Assembly: GCF_964213995.1 (NCBI RefSeq)
Contig: NC_135811.1
Span: 30,814,001-30,878,000, forward strand
Source: Mustelus asterias
Lineage: Eukaryota
Reading direction: 5' to 3'
DNA: 64,000 nt
The translations under genes and the position numbers were made by a program. The notes under the pieces are model-generated. The model worked only from the letters and a program-made list of their open reading frames with translations. It did no database searches and was not told where the DNA came from. Below, piece after piece: positions 1 through 11,035 of this stretch (its first letter is position 1; each line of letters begins with the position of its first letter).

Positions 1-1269
1 ACAAAGAAGAGCGTGACTTATTATGGAAAAGTACAACCTTGTGGGTGCAATTTATATGGTCTGTTGAATGCCGTGTCACTCACAGGGTGCCCTGGCACAA
101 TTATAATTGGAATATAGAATGGAACTCCACTTAAAGGTGCCATTGTGCATATTGTAAATCAAAATATTGTCAACAGGCAATGGGAAGAATACCTTGTTTT
201 GTGCAGAGAAATATCTGTAGTAGCTATGAGAACATTGGTGTCTGAAAAACAATAAAATATACAGCAGTGTTTTTCTGTCTGCTTGGAGGAAAAAAGAAAG
301 AAACGATAGATGTAATTAAAGACTGTATGGATCCCAATGTAAAGCTTGGATTGTTGTAGTTTTTCTTGCCAGTGTTTTGTGTCTGCTGCTAATATGCTCC
401 TGAAAAAAAATTGGTATTGATTTTTTTTTTTCACAGTCTTGCAAAAATGTAATGAGATACAAAACTGATTACCCAGATAATTTTGATGAGGTGAAGGGTT
501 ACACACTGGTTATCAATGTATAATCATCTTTATATATTAAAAAATCATAATACAAAGCAGTTTCATTTCTAAGGTAAAAGATTAGTGCAAACACACCCAT
601 CACATGATAGCATATACTTTCATTATTATCAGTTGCCCTTTCATCTATGTAATATTATTGTACCAATTTCAACGTGCATGCATCACAATAAAAGAAAAGA
701 TCTCCAGCAACATCAATCAATACTAAAAAAGAATATAAAATTTTTGCTGATTAATTTGAAGATCATTGGGTTGCGAGTTAGACCACTTCTGCTCTGCCAC
801 TCAGCCACAGTTGCTTTTTGCTCCTGTCTTCTGCTGAAGCTGAAGACATATTTTGCTCTACTCCCTGCTGGTCAATTCAATGAGACATCTCTAGTGTATA
901 AAATAACAAAGAATACCTAGTTACGTTACTGATCTTAACAAATTGTTAGCTTTAGTTATTAGGGGTCAGAGGTCTGATTTGTAAGATCTATACGCCAAAG
1001 TATTCTGTTTTATTTAATGAAAGGCCTATCTTGACAGTAAAAGCCACTAACAAGGTTGTTAGGAATGGCTTAACAGACCTTCCAATTAAGTCCTAATTTG
1101 ATGTCAATTATTCAATAGAAGTCATTGATATATAAAGGGGTCACAGGTGGCACTATTTTGTTGGTGGAGAATTGTGTGTGAAGTTGGATTAAAGAAATAA
1201 AGATATTTTGTGAAGAAGCAGAACTTGTGTCTCCTTTACAGCAACCGTGAGGCTCAAATAAAGGTATTC

Positions 1270-1452
1270 ATGTAGAGAGAGTAAAGCCAATGTTTTGAAT
1301 TGGATGACCCTTCATCAGACTTGCGAAGGGCCATCCAAACTCGAAATGTTGGACCTATTCTCTCTCCACAGATGCTGTCAGACCTGCTGAGATTTTCCAG
1401 CATTTTCTGTTTTTGTTTCAGATTCCAGCATCCACTATATTTTGCCTTTAAC
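1270..1452. mobile_element. Penelope-derived mini fold-back element (family B) with two degenerate hammerhead motifs
   Basis: Flanked by direct repeat AAGGTATTC (1261-1269, 1453-1461). Minus strand reads CTGATGA AGGGTCATCCAATTC AAAA CATT and plus strand reads CTTGCGA AGGGCCATCCAAACTC GAAA TGTT. Its tail is also seen at 24270-24360 and 29320-29380. Confidence 0.7.
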
Positions 1453-1964
1453 AAGGTATTCGTCGTTGCTTAGCACTGCTCTGAAGATTGTTCCTATCCA
1501 AAATTTGGGGGGAAAAAGCAGCAAAATCAAGAGAAGTTTTTTTGCTTTCTCGGTTTGTCAAGAGCAAATCATGGACAAATTAAGAACAGTTATTTGGGGC
1601 TGTGGAGATAAGTGAAAGTAAATATTGTGCTCCAAGTTAATTTGTAAACTTAACTCATGGAGATATTTTAAAATATCAACACAGCTACAGGCGAGAAAAT
1701 TGAGCAATAGCAAGGATAAAGAACAACAAATCTTAATCTTTAGGTCTCCTCAATTGCAAACACACAAAATGAATTCAGAATTTTGTAATAATGGTGCTAA
1801 TTGGTGCTGTCCGTGTTTATCCTCTACAAAGCAGTTTAGAACCTCAACCTCATCCCATCCAATTCTTTGTAGCACTGTTTTCCCATATTCTATCTTTCCA
1901 AGTTTACTTTTAGTTGTACCCTGTTATCCTTTCCTAATCCAAAAAATAAATAAATGATGTTAAT

Positions 1965-4897
1965 AGTTCATGCAAATTCACAAATAGAAGGGTTGTGTGT
2001 GGTGGTAATAATCTTCTGAGGTGTGTGTATTTCAATGCCAGGAGTATTGTGGGGAAGGCAAACGACCTGAGGGTGTGGATTGACACGTGGAATTATGACA
2101 TTATAGCCATCAGTGAAACTTGGCTACAGGAGGGGCAGGACTGGCAGCTCAATGTTCCAGGGTTCCGATGTTTCGGACGTGATAGAGGCAGAGGGATGAA
2201 GGGTGGGGGGGTGGCATTGCGAGTCAGGGAAAATGTTACAGCAGTGCTCAGGCAGGACAGATTAGAGGGCTTGTCTACCGAGGCCATATGGGTGGAGCTG
2301 AGAAACAGGAGAGGTATGACCACATTAATGGGGTTGTATTATAGACCACCCAATAGTCAGCGACAATTGGAGGAGCAAATCTGTAGAGAGATAGCAGACA
2401 ACTGTAGGAAACATAAAGTTGTGATAGTAGGGGATTTTAATTTTCCACATATAGATTGGGACTCCCATACTGTTCAAGGTCTAGACGGGTTAGAGTTTGC
2501 AAAATGTGTTCAGGAAAATTTTCTAAATCAATATATAGAGGTACCAACTGGACAGGATGCAATGTTAGACCTCCTATTAGGAAATGAGTTAGGACAAGTG
2601 ACAGAAGTGTGTGTAGGGGAATACTTTGGTTCCAGTGATCATAACACCATTAGTTTCAACTTGATCATGGATAAAGATAGATCTGGTCCTCGGGTTGAGG
2701 TTCTAAACTGGAAAAAGGCCAAATTTGAAGAAATGAGAAAGGATCTAAAAAGAGTGGATTGGGACAGGCTGTTCTCTGGCAAGGATGTGAATGGTAAGTG
2801 GGAAGCCTTCAAAGGAGAAATTTTAAGAGTGCAGAGTTTGTATGTTCCTGTCAGGATTAAAGGCAAAGTGAATAAGAATAAGGAACCTTGGTTCTCGAGG
2901 GATATTGGAACTCTAATCAAGAAGAAGAGAGAGATGTATGACATGTATAGGCAACAGGGAGCAAATAAGATGGTTGAGGAGTATAAAAAGTGCAAGAAAC
3001 TACTTAAGAAAGAAATCAGGAGGGCTAAAAGAAGACATGAGGTTGCTTTGGCAGACAAGGTGAAGGATAATCCTAAGAGCTTCTACAGGTATATTAAGAG
3101 CAAAAGGATCGTAAGGATAAAATTGGTCCTCTTGAAGATCAGAGTGGTTGGCTATGTATGGAACCAAAAGCAATGGGGGAGATATTAAATGGGTTTTTTG
3201 CATCCGTATTTACTAAGGAAACTGGCATGGAGTCTATGGAAATAAGGCAAACAAGTAGGGAGATCATGGAACCTATACAGATTAAAGGGGAGGAGGTGCT
3301 TGCTGTCTTGAGACAAATCAGAGTAGATAAATCTCCAGGATCGGACAGGGTATTCCCTCGGACCTTGAAGGAGACTAGTGTTGAAATTGCAGGGGCCCTG
3401 GCAGAGATATTTAAAATGTTGGTATCCACGGGTGAGGTGCCGGATGATTAGAGGATAGCTCATGTTGTTCCGTTGTTTAAAAAAGGCTCAAAAAGTAATA
3501 CAGGAAATTATAGGCCAGTAAGTTTGACGTCAGTAGTAGGTAAATTATTGGAAGGAGTACTAAGAGATAGGATCTACAAATATTTGGATAGGCAGGGACT
3601 TATTAGGGAGAGTCAACATGGCTTTGTGCGTGGTAGGTCATGTTTAACCAATCTATTAGAGTTTTTCGAGGCGGTTACCAGGAAAGTGGATGAAGGGAAG
3701 GCAGTGGATGTTGTCTACATGGACTTCAGTAAGGCCTTTGACAAGGTCCCGCATGGGAGATTAGTCAGGAAGGTTCGGTCGCTAGGTATACATGGAGAGG
3801 TAGTAAATTGGATTAGACATTGGCTCAATGGGAGAAGCCAGAGAGTGGTAGTGGAGGATTGCTTCTCTGAGTGGAGGCCTGTGACTAGTGGTGCGCCACA
3901 GGGATCAGTGTTGGGTCAATTGTTGTTTGTCATCTATATCAATGATCTGGATGATAATGTGGTAAATTGGATCAGCAAATTTGCTGATGACACAAAGATT
4001 GGAGGTGTAGTGGACAGTGAGGAAGGTTTTGCAGAGGGATTTGGACCAGCTAGAAAAATGGGCTGAAAAATGGCAGATGGAGTTTAATGCAGACAAGTGT
4101 GAGGTATTGCACTTTGGAAGGACAAACCAAGGTAGAACATACAAGGTAAATGGTAGGACACTGAAGAGTGCAGTAGAACAGAGGGATCTGGGAATACAGA
4201 TACATAATTCCCTAAAAGTGGTGTCACAGGTAGATAGGGTCGTAAAGAGTGCTTTTGGTACATTGGCCTTTATAAATCAAAGTATTGAGTATAAAAATTG
4301 GAATGTTATGATGAGGTTGTATAAGACACTGGTGAGGCTGAATTTAGAGTATCGTGTGCAGTTTTGGTCACCTAATTACAGGAAGCATATTAATAAGGTT
4401 GAAAGAGTGCAGAGAAGGTTTACAAGGATGTTGCCAGGACTTGAGAGACTGAGTTACAGGGAAAGGTTGAATAGGTTAGGACTTTATTCCCTGGAGCGCA
4501 GAAGAATGAGGGGAGATTTGATAGAGGTGTATAAAATTATGATGGGTATAGATAGAGTGAATGCAAGCAGGCTTTTTCCACTGAGGCTAGAGGAGAAAAT
4601 AACTAGAGGACGTGGGTTAAGGGTGAGGGAGGAAAAGTTTAAAGGGAATATTAGGGGGGGGTTTCTTCACACAGAGAGTGGTGGGAGTGTGGAATGAGCT
4701 GCCACATGAGGTGGTGAATGCGGGCTCACTTTTAACATTTAAGAAAAACTTGGACAGGTACATGAATGAGAGGGGTGTGGAGGGATATGGTCCAGGTGCA
4801 GGTCAGTGGGACGAGGCAGAAAAATGGTTCGGCACAGCCAAGAAGGGCCAAAAGGCCTGTTTCTGTGCTGTAATGTTCTATGGTTTTATGGTTCTAA
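1965..4897 (+). mobile_element. CR1-clade LINE (HER1-like), near-complete ORF2 (APE endonuclease + RT), disrupted
   Basis: APE motifs YFNARS, ETWL, GDFN, SDH. RT motifs [24 protein letters not shown]. Frameshifts or stops near 3110, 3449, 4030 and 4660. (ATGGTTCT)-type 3' tail. 5' boundary approximate. Confidence 0.95.
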
Positions 4898-5013
4898 TAT
4901 TTGCTACTCCGATTTCAGTGACCATGAGTATCACTTTTAATCCCTGCTCTATATTTTTCTTTGTGAATATCTCAGCAGACACATATATGTCAAAATCTTG
5001 TTGGAGTTTACAC

Positions 5014-5195
5014 TGGAGGGATCTCATGGTCCTCCTGATGGCACTCTCCCACCGTGGGTTTTCCAGTGGCGAGGGGTGCGTTCAACAGGAAACCTCATTG
5101 ACAACAGTGGGACCATAAGATCATGCTGCCAGTGAGTGATGCAGCACCTCCCTCCACCATGAAACACACTGTGGAGTGGCAGGAAAATCCCACCC
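5014..5195. mobile_element. Short MITE-like repeat (GGGAT...ATCCC ends), family 1
   Basis: Imperfect terminal inverted ends; internal similarity to 19130-19337. Confidence 0.55.
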
Positions 5196-5269
5196 ATTGT
5201 ACCTTTATATTTTGACAATGTAAAGCTGTATTTTTCTTTACATAAACTGCTGGGTTTTTTAAAAATGTA

Positions 5270-5608
5270 AGTGTTGCAGGCAAGACCAGCATTTGTTGCT
5301 CATTCCTTATTGCCCTTGAGAAGGTGGTGGTGAGCTGCCATCTTGAACAACTGCTGTCCATGTGGTATAGGTAAACCAGCAGTGCTGTTAGGAAGGGAAT
5401 TCCAGGATTTTGATGCAGCAAATGAAGCAATGGCGATTATAGATCCAAGTCAGGATGCTGTGTGGCTTGGAGGGGAACTGCAGATGGTGGTCTTCCCACG
5501 CATTCATGTTCTAGGTGGTAGAGATTGTGGGTTTGGAAGGTGCTGTCAAAGAATCTTTGGTAAGTTTCTGTAGTGCATTTTGTACTTGGTAAACACTGCT
5601 GCCACTGT
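5270..5608 (-). mobile_element. 3' end of an old CR1/L2-group LINE
   Basis: Same sequence family as 27505-27850 (ttgcccttgagaa.gtggtggtgagctgcc), where it adjoins RT fragments. Confidence 0.7.
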
Positions 5609-5980
5609 ATGTTAAGGGATGATATAAATACTTATATCAGGTGAGCTTTAGCCGGTGCAGTGATAAATCTGTTTAAAGGGTTTTGTTTATTGGATATTAG
5701 TTTTGATTGGAATATCTGATATATATTGGTTAAGGGTTATACATTATTGTGGTTGTTTTGTTTTCACTTGTAATTGATAAAAGCTATTGCTAATATTCAT
5801 CCCGTATATGTTAACTATATTCTTAAATAACTTTGTTTGATAAAAGCTCCCTAGTGGGTCTTTTGAATTACACCTGAAGTGAAACATCTCATGCTTATCT
5901 TAGCCAAATTCAAAATGCAAAACTTATGATTCAAGCGGGCTTCATGAAACACTTTGTAGTTTCTAACCTGAACTAAACAA
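5609..5980 (+). mobile_element. Possible degraded solo LTR
   Basis: TG...CA-bounded AT-rich segment between the LINE tail and the Gypsy internal sequence; no TSD confirmed. Confidence 0.3.
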
Positions 5981-7221
5981 AAGGAACAATTTTAGCATTG
6001 TGACACTCCATACCACACATCTTCTCCTTCATTTCCTCAATTTTACTTTGAAGTTCTAACAGTTCATTGGTTTCACTTTTTAATTCTGCTTTCAACCAAT
6101 TGTGCTGATTTATCAGAAACTCCTTTTCTTGTTCAAAGGATTTTCCCTGATACTTCATAAATACTTCTGATGCTTGAAATTCACCAGGTTTTAACTAAAG
6201 ATTAACCTTTGCTAAGTTTGCTTTTTCAAATTTATCCTTTGGACAGTTCAAGTCGTCAGTCAAATCTTCAACTTTCCCTGACTGATTCTCAATAGTTCTC
6301 ATCAATCCTTTATTTTCATTCACAAAATCCTCTTTCATACATGAGAGTTGATTTTCTACATTACTTCAATTTCCCTGTTATCTGCAATAAATGTCTAAAT
6401 TTTGTCCACAGTAGTTTTCAGTTCATTAAGATCACCATGATCAACTGCCTGTTGCAATGTAGTTGTCATCACATTAGTGTCTCCACAAACCAAATCATTA
6501 CCCGGAATGAAATCTATTCCTCCAATTGGTAATAAAGGAATGATTCCCACTGTAACAATTCTGTTCACAAAGTTACTACTTAAATTAACTTCACACAAAG
6601 AAACGGGTTCATCCCTTCCATTAATACCCATTACTAATACTTTTTCCTTCATGAAGCAATCTAGAACACAATTTGTATCAACAGCCACCATCAATAATTG
6701 ATCTGCTCCTGTATCTCTTAAAATTTTAATTAGTTTATTTATTGTGTTAGACGAATAGGGGAATATTCCTCCTTTTGAAGCAAAACATCCAGGACCCCCA
6801 ATAACCTGACTTCCTTCACCAATACTCAAATAATCCTCTGAACTATCTTGAATGTTATCCCATTTCCTCATTGATTCTGAAAGAGCATGTTTTACCTGTA
6901 CCACTGCTATAGTTTCCACAGCAATTTCCTTTTCAAATCCTCCCTTTCCAACTATTGCAACTGGTCTCCCATTTAGTTTCCAACAATCTGCCTGCATATG
7001 TCTCACTTTGTTATAATTGAAACAGTTAGGCCTCTGAATTTCGCAAGATAATAGAAAAAAAAGGTTTGGTTCTATGGACCAGTTCATTATCATCAGCCAG
7101 CTCTTCTGCCTGCCTGACAGGCAGTTTTAACTTTTTGTTCCTCAACATGAGATCTAATAAGCAAATGAAGTGAATCTTTAAATCCTTCTAAAATAATCAC
7201 CTCTCTAAGGGCTTCATATGT

Positions 7222-7672
7222 TCTCTGCGGAACTTGGCTATCAGTTTCTGCTCAGGCCAACACACTTCACGACACACGACAACACAGAATCGCTGAGCAG
7301 AAACTGATAGTCAAGTTCCGCACACACAAGGATGGCCTCAACCGGGATCTTAGGTTCATGTCACACTATCTGTAACCCCCACGACTTGCCTGGGCTTGCA
7401 AAACCTTGCTAACTGTCCTGGCTGGAGAGAATACACACCTCTTTAACTTGTGCTTGGCCCTCGCTCCACTCACATTGTCTGTATCTTTAAGACTTGATTA
7501 CCTGTAAAGACTCGCATTCCAACTATTATCTTGTAAATTGAGTTTGTGTCTGTAAATGCCCTGTTTGTGAACACAAGTCCTCACTCACCTGATGAAGGAG
7601 CAGCGCTCCGAAAGCTTGTGCTGCCAAATAAACCTGTTGGATTTTAACCTGGTGTTGTGAGACTTCTTACTG
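7222..7672. mobile_element. Penelope-like element fragment (family A): pseudo-LTR plus short inverted piece
   Basis: 7225-7255 is the reverse complement of about 7293-7323; body is homologous to 57450-57866. Confidence 0.85.
7586..7620 (+). ncRNA. Minimal hammerhead ribozyme motif (Penelope type)
   Basis: CAC-CTGATGA-A-GGAGC AGC GCTCC-GAAA-GCTT-GTG: catalytic core, stem II, stem I CAC/GTG, palindromic stem III. Confidence 0.8.
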
Positions 7673-7782
7673 TACTTTCTGTAAGCCAGTCAGAGTTAGA
7701 TCTTCCATTTTTAGAAAAGCCTTAGCAATTTCCAATGCCATTTTGTATTCTAACCATAAAATATACCTCACATAACTCCAAT

Positions 7783-8135
7783 TGTGGCATAGTGGTTAGC
7801 ACTGCTGTCTCTCAGCGCCAGGAACCTGGGTTCGATTCCTGGCTTGGGTCACTGTCTGTGCAGAGTCAGCACCAGGAACCTGGGTTCGATTCCTGGCTTG
7901 GGTCACTTCTGTGCGAAGTCTGCACTTTCTCCCCGTGTCAACGTGGGTTTCCTCTGGGTGCTCTGGTTTCCTCCAACAGTCTGAAAGACGTGCTGGTTAG
8001 GTGCATTGGCCATACTAAATTCTCCCTCCATGTACCCGAACAGGTGCCAAAGTGTGGCGACTAGGGGCTTTTCACAGTAACTTCATTGCAATGTTAATGT
8101 AAGCCTACTTGTGACTAATAAATAAACTTTTCTTT
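7783..8135 (+). mobile_element. tRNA-derived V-SINE (HE1-like head, alternative tail) with tandemly duplicated B box
   Basis: A box TGGTTAGCA; B box GGTTCGATTCC twice (units 7813-7866 and 7867-7918); V-domain-like TAAATTCTCCC; AATAAA/T-rich tail. Confidence 0.9.
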
Positions 8136-8304
8136 TCTTTTAATTGAGTTGCCCACTTACTCCTTTTTAAGGATCCCACCATTTAACAATAAATCCCAGA
8201 CCAAGTTTTACTATTCAGAATCCAGTAACTTGGTTTCCATTTTCAAAATATCCCAATGAATTACAACTAATCAGCATCAAATAACCCTGTCTCCACATTT
8301 TGAA

Positions 8305-8322
8305 ATCCTGCAACAGTCCCCA
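8305..8322 (-). promoter_or_regulatory. Degenerate tRNA-Pro primer-binding site
   Basis: Minus strand TGGGGACTGTTGCAGGAT, 4 nt after the LTR end; 13/18 match to TGGGGGCTCGTCCGGGAT. Confidence 0.7.
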
Positions 8323-8326
8323 CTTT

Positions 8327-9265
8327 TGTTACGATCCCAGTTGGTGTTACTACTGGATGGGAAGATTCCAGAATGGAACCCTGGCTCAAAGGATCGCAAC
8401 CTAACCCTTTTTTTTAGCAAACCTGGAGGAACAGAGTCACAAGACAACTAATTAGTTCTGGCAACAAGGAAAGAAACATTTATTACACGTTGATTATAAT
8501 ATCGTACGCCTTTCCTCGCCAGCCCCCCCCCATCCTAGCTTCACAAATGTATACCGTTTTCAAAAATAACACCCCACTCTGAGCCAAATGGCTAATGCCA
8601 CTCCAACTGATCTTCGTGGATTTCTCACAATCCCTCCCGATTATCACATGAGAGTTTCCAAACAGCACTCCCAAAAAGATAGGCTTTAAAGTCATCTTTC
8701 AAACAATACTTTCCATCAGCCATTTTCATTAAAAATCCACTCCAAGCTTTCCAACAATCCTGTCAAACAAACTTCAACACTCTGTTTAAGTACCTGTTTC
8801 CTCTGTTCCTTTAACCCCAGACTTCTTGGAAACTTCTCTTTATTTCTCTCGTTTTCTTAATTTGCTGTTCTCCAAGTCTCCTGCACTTGTTTTCTTAGTC
8901 ATTACTCCATGGTATGACTTTACTTCTAACAAAGTGAGAGAGATGTTCCCTCTCTACTCTGTTATAATCAACTGCTGTGTTCAGCTAAAACTACACTCAT
9001 ACAGCCATCCTATGCTAAAGGTGCCCTGGTTATTAAACAATGACTTTATACTTCTCCCAGCTTGTTTGTTTTTATGCTGTAGCCCTCTCTAAGCTCAATA
9101 GAAGCACAGTTTGAAATGAAACCAAACCCAGACATACTTTGTTTAGCATGAATCCAATTCTAATCCTCTTATACAGAACCACTAAATTAAACCCATTTAA
9201 ATTTGTACATTATTTCTAATATTTAACAATACAGATCCTTTAAAACTACCTCTGTTTTCCTGACA
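8327..9265 (-). mobile_element. 5' LTR of the Gypsy element
   Basis: Minus strand TGTCAGG...CGTAACA, followed by the PBS and gag. Confidence 0.75.
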
Positions 9266-9294
9266 CTAGTCAATTTACATCTTGAGATTCTTAT

Positions 9295-11035
9295 AGATTG
9301 CCCGTATTGGCAACCTTATAAATTGTAAATAGGGCCCAAGTCATTTGTACACTGTGCAAACTTGATGTTGAAGTAGAGCGCATCAAAGCCATCCTGCAGG
9401 ATAATGGCTACCCTGGTCAGATCATTGCTTGTTGTATATCATGCAAACTCATGGATGGGCCTAAGCCTGCCACTTTCCAACTGACCTCAGATTACCCGAA
9501 AAGAGCAAGGTGTCTCAAAAGTTTAAGCAACAGGTGAAGGTAGCTGTTTCACACTGCTTCTACACAGTGCAACATGAGTGGTATTCACCACTAACTGGAT
9601 GCTGCCACCAAACCAGAAAGATGTCCTGCCTCTTGCACATATGAGCAAATATGTGGTGTATGAATTTCAGTACTGGAGTGATGCCAGGTATGTAGGCCAT
9701 ATGTCCCAATGACTGGCGGATCATTTCAAATAGCAAGTCCATTTGGCTGTTCATGGCAGGCGAAGTACTAACTGTACCCAAATGGAGTTTAACCCTGATA
9801 AATGTGAGGTGATTCATTTTGTTAGGACTAATTTAAATGTGGATTACAGGGTCAAAGGTATGGTTCTGAAGATTGTGGAGGAACAGAGAGATCTTGAGGT
9901 CTATATCCACAGATCTCTAAAGGTTGCCACTCAAGTGGATAGAGCTGTGAAGAAGGCCTATAGTCTGTTAGCTTTTATTAACAGGGGGTTGGAGTTTAAG
10001 AGCCATGGGGTTATGCTGCAACTGTACAGGACCTTGGTGAGACCACATTTGGAATATTGTGTGCAGTTCTGGTCACCTCACTATAAGAAGGATGTGGAAG
10101 CGCTGGAAAGAGTGCAGAGGAGATTTACCAGGATGCTGCCTGGTTTGGAGGGTAGGTCTTATGAGGAAAGGTTGAGGGAGCTAGGGCTGTTCTCTCTGGA
10201 GTGGAGGAGGCTGAGGGGAGACTTAATAGAGGTTTATAAAATGATGAAGGGGATAGATAGAGTGAACGTTCAAAGACTATTTCCTCGGGTGGATGGAGCT
10301 ATTACAAGGGGGCATAACTATAGGGTTCATGGTGGGAGATATAGGAAGGATATCAGAGGTAGGTTCTTTACGCAGAGAGTGGTTGGGGTGTGGAATGGAC
10401 TGCCTGCAGTGATAGTGGAGTCAGACACTTTAGGAACATTTAAGCGGTTATTGGATAGGCACATGGAGCACACCAGGATGATAGGGAGTGGGATAGCTTG
10501 ATCTTGGTTTCGGATAAAGCTCGGCACAACATCGTGGGCCAAAGGGCCTGTTCTGTGCTGTACTGTTCTATGTTCTATGTTCTATGTAACCAACCTCTGT
10601 TTGCAAAACTCAAAACAAAATGTCTAACATTAGATGTGATTGTGCAGTTGGACAACACTTGCTAAAAAATCAAGATTGTGCAAAGAACTACACTGAAAAC
10701 CAATTCAAGAATTTCAGAATGCGGCCCCCTTATGCATGCTACAAGTCACATATATTCGCATACAAGGACCTGTCCTTTGCAGACAGAAGGAGCATGTCCA
10801 CACCTTGTGCCTTTTGCAACTAACCTAAAGCATGGGGGACAGCCATTACCTGATTCGTTCCTCATGGCAATGCCTTGATGAATCGGAGTTGATCCCCCTG
10901 GTTTGAATTTGAACAAAAGCTTGGCAGTTAATTTTTCTCTGTTGCTTTTTCCATGGTAATGCCTCTACCAATCAGAGTCCACTTGACAACCAATCATCAA
11001 TCTTTTCTCATGCAGTATAAATTATTGTTCCATTG
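9295..11035 (+). mobile_element. Penelope-like element (family C): end of RT plus GIY-YIG, split by a CR1 insertion
   Basis: Translated remnants ILQDNGYP and VVYEFQYWSDARYVGH, then after the CR1 CDCAVGQHLLKNQDC, then a 3' UTR cut by a second CR1. Confidence 0.75.
9781..10586 (+). mobile_element. 5'-truncated CR1 LINE (EHTRMIGSGIA subfamily)
   Basis: C-terminal ORF2 MEFNPDKCEV...; (CTATGTT)n tail; possible TSD TACCCAA/TAACCAA. Confidence 0.95.

Larger units (their letters stand above)
5985..8326 (-). mobile_element. Ty3/Gypsy (Gmr1-like) retrotransposon internal remnant: gag, zinc knuckle, protease
   Basis: Minus-strand gag start MALEIAKAFL near 7741. Capsid-like segment YEALREVIILEGFKDSL near 7220. 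Degenerate knuckle CFNYNKVRHMQADC and protease ILRDTGA in ORF 6395-7093. Interrupted by a Penelope element and a SINE. Confidence 0.8.

Noticed and set aside
1-1250. Exons of an upstream neighbour such as ACADSB, expected from synteny
   Set aside because: No recognisable coding sequence; the ORFs are AT-rich and spurious.
7783-7860. tRNA gene
   Set aside because: The A and B boxes belong to SINE heads; there is no cloverleaf or terminator.
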